NCBI GenBank assembly: GCA_020348445.1
Contig: CP070751.1
Span: 3,089,702-3,153,701 of the forward strand
Length of the DNA: 64,000 bases
From: Thermoplasmata archaeon
GTDB lineage: Archaea > Thermoplasmatota > Thermoplasmata > GCA-020350865
Reading direction: 5' to 3'
Position numbers and translations under genes: made by a program. Shown here one piece after another: positions 16,798 to 25,849 of this stretch (position 1 is the first letter of the stretch; each line of letters opens with the position of its first letter). The notes under the pieces are model-generated. The model saw only the letters and a program-made list of their open reading frames with translations. It made no database searches and was not told the DNA's origin.

Positions 16798-19700
16798 CTA
16801 TTTTTTAAACCGCCTTTTTAATCTGCCGAGAAATCTTCCTCTCTTTTTTGATAAAGGTTTCTCCTCATTGTAACCACTGGGAGGGGGAGGAGGTTGCTTC
16901 CATGACCTTGAATCCCCCTTCGAAACATCAGGTTGTTTCGGCTTTGGGGGTTTTGGTATATTTTGGGGTGGTTTTGGCTCCCCAGGGATATCCTCTTCTT
17001 CGGGCTCTGGCGGTGGTGGCAGTTCATCCTCGGAATCGACTTTCTTTATAAATTCCTTATTGATATATACGGTACCGCCTTCAAGATCCTTGATTTTGAT
17101 ATTATCTGGGGTGACAGTTTTGAATCTCAACATTTCAGGTACAATTGTGACAGGATAGCCCTCCACCCCCAGGGTGTACTCCCCTTTTTCTTTCAGGATG
17201 TTTTTTATTTTCTGTGGTGATTGTAAGTTTAAAAGCATATGGATTTTGGTGGCTTGTGTCGTAAAAGCAGTGGCAATCATATCCCTTTCTATCTCCATCT
17301 CCAGTTTTATTCCTTCCCACTCCTGTCCTGGCTCAACCACCTCTAATTCCTCTGCATTCACCTTTGTGAGAAATTGCGTTTTAAGTTTGTTCAAAATCTC
17401 ACCCATTTTCTCATTGTTGGGCTTAATAACCACGGATTTCAAGGTATCATCCGATTTCATTCCCATCTCTTCTCTTGTCTCCAAAACAGATCTTATGAAT
17501 CCTTCCAATTCCTTCATATATTCTGATACGTTGTCGCCCAGCTCCATAGCTATTTGATTGTACATATCTCCTAAAACGGCATATGTCAGCTTATCTGCAC
17601 CTTCAATCTTAAACTGAGATTTAGTACCGATAGTATTGCTCTTCTTTACCTCTCTTGTTTCCTTGACATATTGTAGCAATCTGCTCCTAAGCTCGTCTTT
17701 GGTTCCGCTTTTTTTCAATCCTGCCTCCTCACACAAAGCCACAAGTTCTGCCTTGGTTCCTATGCTCTCGATATATTCTTTTGTAAATCTTTGCTCTTTT
17801 AATTTCTTTGCCTTGGCCTCTGATTCCCTGTCCTCAACGTACTTAAGCAGTCTGTTTCTAATCTCCTCCTTTTTTCCGCTCTTCTTTAATCCTGCCTCCT
17901 CACACAAGGCCACTAGTTCTGCCTTAGTTCTGATGTTTTCTATATTCTCCCTCGTGAATCTCTGATCTTCTGTCCTGCTTTGCACTTTGACACCCTCTTC
18001 ACCCCCATTCACATAATCAAGCAGCCTCTTCTTAAGTTCCTTTTCAGAACCGCTGCGACTCAATCCTACTTCACTACAGAGGGACTCAAGTTCCTCTTTA
18101 TCCTCAAGATCTTGTATGTATTCAACCATGATTCTCTTAACTTCCACCTCACCTTCTATTTCCTCCATCATTTCCCAGGTTCCTTGAACCTTGTCCTCCA
18201 ATTCGGCCATCTTGGTTTCCATATCCCTCATCATGCCCTGTGTCTTTGACTGGATTTCTTCGGCTTCCGCCTTCTTACCGTCCAGTTCAGATATTTTCTC
18301 AGTAAGTACATCCATCATGCGCTTTAACTCGGTTCTCTCAGCATCGGTGCCTACCTGGGAGATCTCAAGCTCCGTCATCTTGTCCTCGATTCCTTTGATC
18401 ATACCCTCCAATTCGGCTTTCGCCACCTCTGATTCAATATTTTCACTTTCCATTTCAAGGATTTTATCCTCTATTCCATCCATCATACGCTTCAATTCTG
18501 TTCTCTCTGCATCAGTACCTATCTGGGAGATCTCAAGATCTGTCATCTTGTCCTCGATTGCCTTGATTGCCCCTTCCATTTCCGCTTTTTCCATTTCTTC
18601 GTCTAATTTCTCCATTTTCAGCTCATTCATCTTATCTTCAACAAACCTAACAATGCCCATCAATTGGGCTTTATCTTCCTCTGTTGCATTTGTCCCGCCG
18701 CCAAAATAGAGGGCTTTTTCTTCGATTTCTTTTATCATTTCTCTCAATCTGGCCCTCTCTTCCTCGGATCCCCGCATCTCGCTGTCAAGTTCGTCCATCA
18801 TCCCGACAATACCATTTATTACGTATTCCAATTCAGGTGTTTCAGTCTCACACTCCAAATCGAATGCTCCTAACTCACCTGTTAGTTGGGATTCCGCCAC
18901 CCTAATGCCCGAACCTATCTCCCCTCCTTTGTAGCCCCATATTCCCTTCTCATTCAAATTCTCTGTAAGTTCATGCTCTGTTCTTTTCAGATGGTTCCAT
19001 GCGTTTCCAAAACCTTCTCTTTCCATGGCTTTTGTAATATCCTGCAAGAATATTTCAGAGCTGCTTGCCGAAATTCCCGCCTTTTCCGCTTTTTCTATGA
19101 GTTTGAGCGTTGACGTCACGATTCCGGATTCAAATCCTTTGATATCATCGGTCATCTCATCTGTTACACTTAGCAACTTCTCTATGATTTCATTGATCCC
19201 ATCCAGTTTTACGAGGTTACCGTCCCATCCATCTAATGTTGAACCGTATTTTTCCTCTACATCCTTTAGCACTTCCATCATACATAAGGGCAGATGTAAT
19301 GGTTCACCCCCATGAAGTACCGCGGTGAGAAATACATTTTGTCCGTGTTCGATCATTACCTTGTTCTTATCAAAATCCATTCTTTTCAATCCACCACCAT
19401 TACCCCTTCCAAAGGAATCTTTGATAAATGCCTTAACAGCCGTCAACATCGCGCTGAAAATATCATCATCGATATCGACATTCGATTCCCTTCTCGCATG
19501 GGAGATAAGGGTCCCATTGTTGTATATCAATAATACATCTTCTACTACATAGTTATAATCAGAATCTATGAGATGGGTTCCAACCAATTCTGGTTCATCC
19601 TTCCTGCCGCCCTCCTGTTCTTCCTTAAACGACCTTAAAATAGCCTCGAAGTCAGTATCTTCCTCAAGTAAAATATCTGCACTGTGACCGTTTTCCATCA

Positions 19701-20289
19701 ATTGTTTTTCAAGTTCCAATGAAAATTCTTCTATTAACTTGTCCATTGAGGAATAAGATGAATCAACAACATTGGAAACCATTGCGGTTTCACAAACCTC
19801 TGTATCCTCTTTAATGAATTTAGGGCCCTCTTCTTTGATCTTACTACTGTATACCATTTTAGGGGATGATACATTCACCTCTCTCACGAACCAAGAAGTC
19901 CCCTCTGCACCAATATTAACTACCTTCGAAGGCACTGAGCCCGTCAGGTCAATACATACTGATTCACCCTTCTCTTGTGTAGAACTGCCATTCAGCAGAG
20001 TGGTGGGTAGATCTATGAATCCTGTCAGGTATTTTTTTATAAGGTTAGGATCGGTCTCCTCGAGAATATTTATTGCAGCCATGGATACGCCTGGCTTATA
20101 AAATTCTCTTTGTTGCATTTCGCCTTCTAGATATAATAATGGCATCGTTGTTACGTCACCAAGAAAATAGGATTCTGATACAACCCCACTTTTATTACCG
20201 ACGATTGCAGCCTGATTTTCATGCACTCCTTCTAATTCTGTCTCTTTGTTCTTAGATAGCGTTGTAACTTTCTTTACTCTGATTGACAT
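16798..20289 (-). CDS. Large soluble multidomain protein: longin-like domain, 28-aa-repeat coiled coil, three SAP-like motifs, IleRS-C-terminal(DUF5915)-like domain, Pro-rich tail
   Basis: Start re-assigned to MSIRVKK (GGAGGT RBS). VLLIYNNGTLISH..FSAMLTAVKAFI..KVMIE..FLTAVL resembles the cytoplasmic domain of the 5,150-aa protein. The repeats are visible at both protein and DNA level. Confidence 0.75.
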   Translation of the reverse strand: MSIRVKKVTTLSKNKETELEGVHENQAAIVGNKSGVVSESYFLGDVTTMPLLYLEGEMQQREFYKPGVSMAAINILEETDPNLIKKYLTGFIDLPTTLLNGSSTQEKGESVCIDLTGSVPSKVVNIGAEGTSWFVREVNVSSPKMVYSSKIKEEGPKFIKEDTEVCETAMVSNVVDSSYSSMDKLIEEFSLELEKQLMENGHSADILLEEDTDFEAILRSFKEEQEGGRKDEPELVGTHLIDSDYNYVVEDVLLIYNNGTLISHARRESNVDIDDDIFSAMLTAVKAFIKDSFGRGNGGGLKRMDFDKNKVMIEHGQNVFLTAVLHGGEPLHLPLCMMEVLKDVEEKYGSTLDGWDGNLVKLDGINEIIEKLLSVTDEMTDDIKGFESGIVTSTLKLIEKAEKAGISASSSEIFLQDITKAMEREGFGNAWNHLKRTEHELTENLNEKGIWGYKGGEIGSGIRVAESQLTGELGAFDLECETETPELEYVINGIVGMMDELDSEMRGSEEERARLREMIKEIEEKALYFGGGTNATEEDKAQLMGIVRFVEDKMNELKMEKLDEEMEKAEMEGAIKAIEDKMTDLEISQIGTDAERTELKRMMDGIEDKILEMESENIESEVAKAELEGMIKGIEDKMTELEISQVGTDAERTELKRMMDVLTEKISELDGKKAEAEEIQSKTQGMMRDMETKMAELEDKVQGTWEMMEEIEGEVEVKRIMVEYIQDLEDKEELESLCSEVGLSRSGSEKELKKRLLDYVNGGEEGVKVQSRTEDQRFTRENIENIRTKAELVALCEEAGLKKSGKKEEIRNRLLKYVEDRESEAKAKKLKEQRFTKEYIESIGTKAELVALCEEAGLKKSGTKDELRSRLLQYVKETREVKKSNTIGTKSQFKIEGADKLTYAVLGDMYNQIAMELGDNVSEYMKELEGFIRSVLETREEMGMKSDDTLKSVVIKPNNEKMGEILNKLKTQFLTKVNAEELEVVEPGQEWEGIKLEMEIERDMIATAFTTQATKIHMLLNLQSPQKIKNILKEKGEYTLGVEGYPVTIVPEMLRFKTVTPDNIKIKDLEGGTVYINKEFIKKVDSEDELPPPPEPEEEDIPGEPKPPQNIPKPPKPKQPDVSKGDSRSWKQPPPPPSGYNEEKPLSKKRGRFLGRLKRRFKK
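17664..18105 (-). repeat. Three SAP-like helix-loop-helix repeats (two are near-identical with a 171-bp period)
   Basis: KEELESLCSEVGLSRSGSEKELKKRL; TKAELVALCEEAGLKKSG(K/T)K(E/D)E.R.RL twice, 57 aa apart. Confidence 0.75.
18180..18760 (-). repeat. About seven 28-aa coiled-coil repeats with a 168-bp DNA duplication
   Basis: KAEMEGAIKAIEDKMTDLEISQIGTDAE / RTELKRMMDGIEDKILEMESENIESEVA / KAELEGMIKGIEDKMTELEISQVGTDAE; DNA at ~18313 matches ~18481. Confidence 0.8.
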
Positions 20290-20523
20290 TGTCTTACCTC
20301 CCCCCTTGAGATGCAGGTGAATTCTATTTTTCACCTATGGTCAGTTTTTGGAGTATGTACAAAGATTAACATATAAATGGTTTCACATGGATATAAACTT
20401 TGCGGAAAGAAACAGGATTTCCTATATAAATAATATAAAATTTAAATTAAAGGTCATTTGAGAATATTTTTTGGTAACGAAAATGTCCCTTAAAAGCGCC
20501 TAGGAGTTTAAATACCCAAAACC

Positions 20524-21915
20524 TCAAGAGGATGATTTGAATATGAATAGGTTCCCTGTAATTGGCAGGCCCTTTTGATCGAACAGTTGGAAACACTGCC
20601 TGAGCATCAGCTCGCTATGAGTGGTCACTAATATCCTTACGCCCTCTTTTGACAAGTTGAAGAAAAATTCAGCCAATTCCAACTGGGTTTTGGATTGAAG
20701 GTGAGATTCGGGTTCTTCGATGATTAAAACATCATTTGGTCTCAATTTTTCTGCAACCAACATGAGGATGGGGGCCAATTCTTTTATCATGGATGATGCC
20801 TTTGTGATATCTATGGACGTCTCATTGCCGTCCGGGCTTTTTAAGCGGTATTTCATAACTGAAAAAGGGTATTCTTTGCTTTCTATCTCCACAAGTCCCC
20901 CTATGGTCTTCGACGATATGTCCTTGACAATTTTGTTATAGTGCCCCTTCTTTCCGTCAAAACTCATAAGTAGTGTGTAATAATCGGCCACAACACCTGA
21001 GATTGATGGGGATTTATCATCCCCCAAAGATACAGTGGGTGCCGTCTTGTAAAATGCTTGTGAGACAACCTTGTATCCCTCAAGTAATCCGGCTCTTCCG
21101 GCGGGAATATAATATGTGTTCCAGGGTTTTGAGCTCTCGGAAGGTAAATTATATGTCTTCTCATTTGGTGGACGGAATGGAAACTTCACGTTTAATTTGC
21201 CATTTTTCTCCCATTTATACCTGATATTTTTGCCCTTTAAATTCCTAATCGGTGACCTGTACATATCTTTGATATATTTATTTAGAAAATCATTATCAAC
21301 TTTCACGCTGGCTTCCATTCTAATGGACTGGGATTTTCTATATATTCCCATGGAGAAGATGCATTGGTAAATGGAGTCCCCGTAGTCAAAGTGAATCTTG
21401 GCGTTCTCTTCACCCAGCCTGATGTAATCGTAAATCGACGATGAGAAGACGTATGTTATTTCCAACTCTATCCTTTCCTTTAATGCATTTTGGAAGAATG
21501 AAGATAATTCTGTATTGATGTGTTTCTTTATCTTGTTCCTTCTTTTATGGGCCAGTTCCTCGATTTGCTCAAGATCCTTTTGGCTTACCTTCCACACTCC
21601 GCTTATCTTCCGCGTCGGCTTTCTTGGTGATTTCTTCTTTGATTTACCTGACGATTTCTTAGAGGATTTTCGGGGTGGGGACTTGGTCTTTTTGGATTTA
21701 GATACCACTTCCTCCATCAGCTTTGTGAACTCATTTTCAACAAGCTCGGGAAGATAACATGACATCTCTTCGAGGGTAGGGCTGAATACCTTCATTAGAC
21801 TGTACAGCAATTGAGCCATTACAGATTTTCCTACGTTATTCTTTCCTGCGAAAAACGAACAATTTGTCAGCTGGATGTCGGCATTTTCGATGGGGCCAAA
21901 GTTGATAATCTGCAT
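20524..21915 (-). CDS. ABC/SMC-like AAA ATPase (AAA_15/AAA_21, OLD/AbiEii-type ATPase domain)
   Basis: NFGPI start motif, Walker A GKNNVGKS, ASSMIKE signature-like motif, Walker B/D-loop IIEEPESHL, TTHS H-loop. Confidence 0.8.
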   Translation of the reverse strand: MQIINFGPIENADIQLTNCSFFAGKNNVGKSVMAQLLYSLMKVFSPTLEEMSCYLPELVENEFTKLMEEVVSKSKKTKSPPRKSSKKSSGKSKKKSPRKPTRKISGVWKVSQKDLEQIEELAHKRRNKIKKHINTELSSFFQNALKERIELEITYVFSSSIYDYIRLGEENAKIHFDYGDSIYQCIFSMGIYRKSQSIRMEASVKVDNDFLNKYIKDMYRSPIRNLKGKNIRYKWEKNGKLNVKFPFRPPNEKTYNLPSESSKPWNTYYIPAGRAGLLEGYKVVSQAFYKTAPTVSLGDDKSPSISGVVADYYTLLMSFDGKKGHYNKIVKDISSKTIGGLVEIESKEYPFSVMKYRLKSPDGNETSIDITKASSMIKELAPILMLVAEKLRPNDVLIIEEPESHLQSKTQLELAEFFFNLSKEGVRILVTTHSELMLRQCFQLFDQKGLPITGNLFIFKSSS

Positions 21916-22161
21916 CTTTATTTGTGGTATTTCCAGTTCATTCGTCTTTATTTCAATCCCCCGTTAGATCCTGAGATTTGAACTTCATTATCCTCTTTTA
22001 TCTCACAACCTGATTTTATTCCTGATTAATTAAATTTGTTATTAAATTATCTTAATCTAAAAAAATTCAAATCTTTGTATTCCAGATGCTGGGCATGGAT
22101 TTTTTCATAATATATCGACCCCTGGTAACACATATGCTAAGGCCCTGACCAGGTTTCATTC

Positions 22162-23199
22162 TTATAATCCAAAATACAGCCAATTCCTGGGCATGCTCGC
22201 ACCCTCGCCCTTTGCAACCTCCCCTACTATCTTGGCCTCGATTTTGCCCTTCAACTGCTTCAATATCCCCTCTGCCTCCCCACTGTCTGCTATGATCGCA
22301 AATCCCATGCCCATATTGAACGTCTGGTACATTTCCTTTTCTTTCACATTTCCAAGTTTTTGCAGCTGGTTGAATACTTCCTGCGGTTTTAACGGTGACG
22401 TGATCCTGAACTCCACATCCCTTTTCAGTCTGGGGAGGTTTCTTAGACCTCCTCCAGTGATATGGGCCATTCCTTTTACCTCGAACTTTTTAAGTATGTC
22501 CATGACCTCTTTCACATATATTCTCGTGGGTTTTAGGAGCTCTTCCCCGATATTCATCTTCGTCCCCGGGAAATTTCTTTGATATGAAAGTTTCTTGCTT
22601 TTTATGATCCTCCTAGCCAGGGTTAGGCCATTTGAATGGATTCCCGAGCTCCTTAAACCGATAATAGCATCCTTTGGAGCGATTTTTTCCCCTGTGATGA
22701 TATTCGACTTCTCAACATAACCAAGGCAGGTGCCCGCCAGATCAAAACCCTTTACTATTTCTGGGAGAGTGGTGGTTTCACCTCCTATAATCGACACACC
22801 AGCCATCTCAGCTCCCCTTGCAAGGCCTTTACCAATCTCTTTCGCCATCTTTGGATCATACTTCTCGATGGCAAAATAGTCCACGAAGGCCATTGGTTTT
22901 GCACCGATACATATCATGTCGTTTACATTCATCGCTATGCAGTCAATGCCCACAGTATCCCATTTCTTCATGACACTGGCGATCATCACTTTGGAACCCA
23001 CACCGTCGGTACATAGGGATAGCGCGAAATCCCCAAAATCCACAAGACCTGTAAAATGACCGGGAAGGTCAAGGATCTTCCCAAAACCTTTGCCTTTTGT
23101 TTTAATCTTGGAGGTCAGACTATCTATGATTTCTGCCTCTTTTTTTATGTCCACCCCGGCCCTGGCATAGGTCATGCTCTTTGTTTTGGGTTTGTTCAT
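22162..23199 (-). CDS. purM: Phosphoribosylformylglycinamidine cyclo-ligase (AIR synthetase)
   Basis: TYARAGVD, DGVGSK, MNVND, GGET, SSGIHSNG, HITGGG, TFNMGMG. Start moved to MNKPK. Confidence 0.96.
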   Translation of the reverse strand: MNKPKTKSMTYARAGVDIKKEAEIIDSLTSKIKTKGKGFGKILDLPGHFTGLVDFGDFALSLCTDGVGSKVMIASVMKKWDTVGIDCIAMNVNDMICIGAKPMAFVDYFAIEKYDPKMAKEIGKGLARGAEMAGVSIIGGETTTLPEIVKGFDLAGTCLGYVEKSNIITGEKIAPKDAIIGLRSSGIHSNGLTLARRIIKSKKLSYQRNFPGTKMNIGEELLKPTRIYVKEVMDILKKFEVKGMAHITGGGLRNLPRLKRDVEFRITSPLKPQEVFNQLQKLGNVKEKEMYQTFNMGMGFAIIADSGEAEGILKQLKGKIEAKIVGEVAKGEGASMPRNWLYFGL

Positions 23200-23279
23200 G
23201 AGATCACGGAGGGTAATGGCGATATAAGGTAGTAAGGTTTTTGATGGAAAAGGTGTCAGATAAGATAATGATCCCATAA

Positions 23280-23489
23280 ATGATTAATATCTATGAATAC
23301 TTCTTTGAAAACATGGCAGGTTCAAGTGCAAGATCTTACCTTCGTGGACTCAGCGTCATATTTCTGCTCCTCGGCGTTATTCTCATCTTATTGTACACAA
23401 TGGGGATATTTCTGGCTCTATTAGGTATAGCATTGATCTTTATTGGTGTGGAATTGTTATTAACTTCGGGCAGAATTCGAACATATTGA
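23280..23489 (+). CDS. Small two-TM membrane protein (tentative)
   Basis: Two hydrophobic stretches, fills the gap between purM and the radical SAM gene. Start may be the ATG of MAGSS. Confidence 0.4.
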   Translation: MINIYEYFFENMAGSSARSYLRGLSVIFLLLGVILILLYTMGIFLALLGIALIFIGVELLLTSGRIRTY

Positions 23490-23506
23490 TTTTGTATCTG
23501 ATTTAT

Positions 23507-24823
23507 CTAAGGATACTGCTCCAATGTTCTTACGATTTTCTTTTTCACTAGACGGGCCAACTTACCATGCACATATGAAAGAAAAACCGAATAAGCAAGG
23601 GATTCTATTCCTCTTGCTCGGGAAAATATTTTTTTCGCCTCCGAGCTGAATTGGGACACCTCGTCCAAAAGCCACAGATATCCCTCCAAAAGGTCCCTTC
23701 TGCTCATAAGCTTGGGTTGATATACGACGTCCATACCTGAGTATCGGCTCCAATCCTCGGTCAGTATCCTTCCCTGGCGTTTGTATCTCAAAAAAATATT
23801 TGTGGTGGGATAGGGGACAAGAAGGAACCCTACTGGAAAATCAATTCCCATTTTTTCGATTTGTTCCAGACTCTCTTTAAAGATATTTCTATCGTCTGTA
23901 TCCCATCCATAGATGAAACTCCCCATTGTCTCTATTTTGCGATCTTGAAGTTCTTGAACTACCTTTTGATAATCTTCTCCCAGGTTTCTATATTTTCCCA
24001 TGGATTTCAATGTTGTGTCAGAAAAGCTTTCAAATCCGATTTCCAGGGCAAAACAACCTGTTTCTGCCATTGCGTCCATGATCTTGGGATATTTGACTAT
24101 ATCTATGGAGGCCAAAGCCATCCATCGAAAGTTATAATCCTTCAATTTTTGAATGAGTTTTAGGGATTTTTCGGGATTGGCTAGTAAATTCGGGGCGCTA
24201 ACAAGAAGGAATTTTTTATCAATTGATTCAAGCTCCTGTTCCAGTATTTTTGGATTTTTATAGACAAATTTTCCTTTACAGCTGAATCCAACAGAGCAGA
24301 ATTCGCATTGGTTCGGGCATCCTCGTGCAAATTCCACACATTCCAAAGAATATCGATAGCGGGAGAAAATGCTTCTGTCTGGAAGGGGTATGTCTCCTGA
24401 TGTCATCCATCCCCCATGATAAATCGGTTGGAGTTTATTATTTATAAAATCCCCCAAAACCTTTCCCCAAACTGGTTCTGCATCCCCTACCACAACACTA
24501 TCGCAGTGCGCCAAAGACTCCTTTGGATAAAAAGAAGAATGTATACCTCCCATTACACATGGAATTCCCTTTTTCCTGCAAAGATCGCCGATTTTATATG
24601 CATCGTATATGCTTGGTGTAAAGGTGGACAGTGCCACAAGGTCGGTGTCTTTTAGGGTTTCCTCTGTTATTTTTTCCCGGGAACCTTGGATAAACGTAAT
24701 TTCCCAGGAATCTTGAGGAGTGAGGCCCGCCAGAACTCCGGCCCACAAGGGAACACGGGCGGTTTTAACAGTGGAAAGAAGTATGGGAGCGGAAGGGCTT
24801 AGTAGAAGTAATTTCTTTTCCAA
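23507..24823 (-). CDS. Cobalamin-binding (class B-like) radical SAM protein
   Basis: N-terminal B12-binding domain (PLWAGVLAGLTP, GGIHSS), CxxxCxxC (CPNQCEFC), IGFES, PYPTT; AGGAGG RBS with TTG start. Confidence 0.9.
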   Translation of the reverse strand: MEKKLLLLSPSAPILLSTVKTARVPLWAGVLAGLTPQDSWEITFIQGSREKITEETLKDTDLVALSTFTPSIYDAYKIGDLCRKKGIPCVMGGIHSSFYPKESLAHCDSVVVGDAEPVWGKVLGDFINNKLQPIYHGGWMTSGDIPLPDRSIFSRYRYSLECVEFARGCPNQCEFCSVGFSCKGKFVYKNPKILEQELESIDKKFLLVSAPNLLANPEKSLKLIQKLKDYNFRWMALASIDIVKYPKIMDAMAETGCFALEIGFESFSDTTLKSMGKYRNLGEDYQKVVQELQDRKIETMGSFIYGWDTDDRNIFKESLEQIEKMGIDFPVGFLLVPYPTTNIFLRYKRQGRILTEDWSRYSGMDVVYQPKLMSRRDLLEGYLWLLDEVSQFSSEAKKIFSRARGIESLAYSVFLSYVHGKLARLVKKKIVRTLEQYP

Positions 24824-24844
24824 AGTGAACCTCCTTATATTACC

Positions 24845-25849
24845 TTATATTGTTGGGATTATTTTACCGTATACCATTATGTTGGAAACAACCGCCCATA
24901 ATAAGGGAAATATCGTTATAAATAATACTGTCTCAACAGAAATAACCAGCAAAAAAGCGGTCGGAACAAGAAGATATGATAGAATAACATAATTTCTAAT
25001 AAATCCAAGAACTTCCCTTCTTTTAGAAGGGGCAGCACGCGTAAATTTGCATATTGTACGAATTAGACCAAGACCGATTAAAATCACAATAAAATAATAG
25101 ATTATTAATTGAGATATCGCAGGAAATCGAAGCATGTACCACGGCGCCAAAACAACGATAAAGAGCAAAATGAATAACTGGCCTGTGAGATATGTAATAT
25201 ACGAAAATGGCAGACTGAGTCGGTCTTTTTTTACCCTGACACCCATGGACCAGGCAGTGGTTCTTCCACCTCCTTTTGGGTCGTGAACAATATCCTTTAA
25301 TCCACCTATTACCGCCACATTGAAGAACATCACAATCCCCATCATTAGTATTAGAATCTTAGTTAGGTTGGTGGGCCAAAATCCTGTACTTAATGCCCCA
25401 GCCAAAGTAAATACTACGGCCCATAAACCGTATATGATTTCCATCCCAGGGATTCTCTTGCTGAAAAGTGCATAACTGATACCCAAACAAAAGGATAAAT
25501 AAAGAAAAAGAACAACATATAGCCTTTGAAAAAAAAATGGTGTAATAACAACGCCTATAATTCCAAATAACCACACATATGCCTTGGCTTCTCTGAGGGA
25601 TATAGTCCCTTTAATGAGTGGTTTATTTCTAAGGCTTTTTGATTTAGAATCCATGGGGATATCAACTATCTCATTGAGAATATACCCTGCACCATGACCC
25701 ATAAGACCGATGATGAACAATTTTATTAGGAGGATTCTATCCCATAAACCTGTAGAAAGAACACCAAGGCAAGGTAAAAAGGCCATAAAGCCCGCGGCAT
25801 AAAGACGGTATAATTTTAGACGCTCTCTGATTTTACCCAAGATGTTCAT
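24845..25849 (-). CDS. UbiA-superfamily prenyltransferase
   Basis: NEIVDIPMD (NxxxDxxxD), KP...G.IS, KDIVHD; multi-TM. Confidence 0.82.
   Translation of the reverse strand: MNILGKIRERLKLYRLYAAGFMAFLPCLGVLSTGLWDRILLIKLFIIGLMGHGAGYILNEIVDIPMDSKSKSLRNKPLIKGTISLREAKAYVWLFGIIGVVITPFFFQRLYVVLFLYLSFCLGISYALFSKRIPGMEIIYGLWAVVFTLAGALSTGFWPTNLTKILILMMGIVMFFNVAVIGGLKDIVHDPKGGGRTTAWSMGVRVKKDRLSLPFSYITYLTGQLFILLFIVVLAPWYMLRFPAISQLIIYYFIVILIGLGLIRTICKFTRAAPSKRREVLGFIRNYVILSYLLVPTAFLLVISVETVLFITIFPLLWAVVSNIMVYGKIIPTI

Noticed and set aside
21915-21990. Possible frameshifted N-terminal extension of the AAA ATPase across a G5 run (MKFKSQDLTG...)
   Set aside because: The annotated start already gives the family-typical MQIINFGPI beginning, so a frameshift is not needed. 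Read data would be required to test it.
14219-24823. PqqD-like protein plus radical SAM as a RiPP cluster
   Set aside because: They are 9 kb apart in different operons, the radical SAM is B12-type without a SPASM domain, and no precursor peptide is evident.
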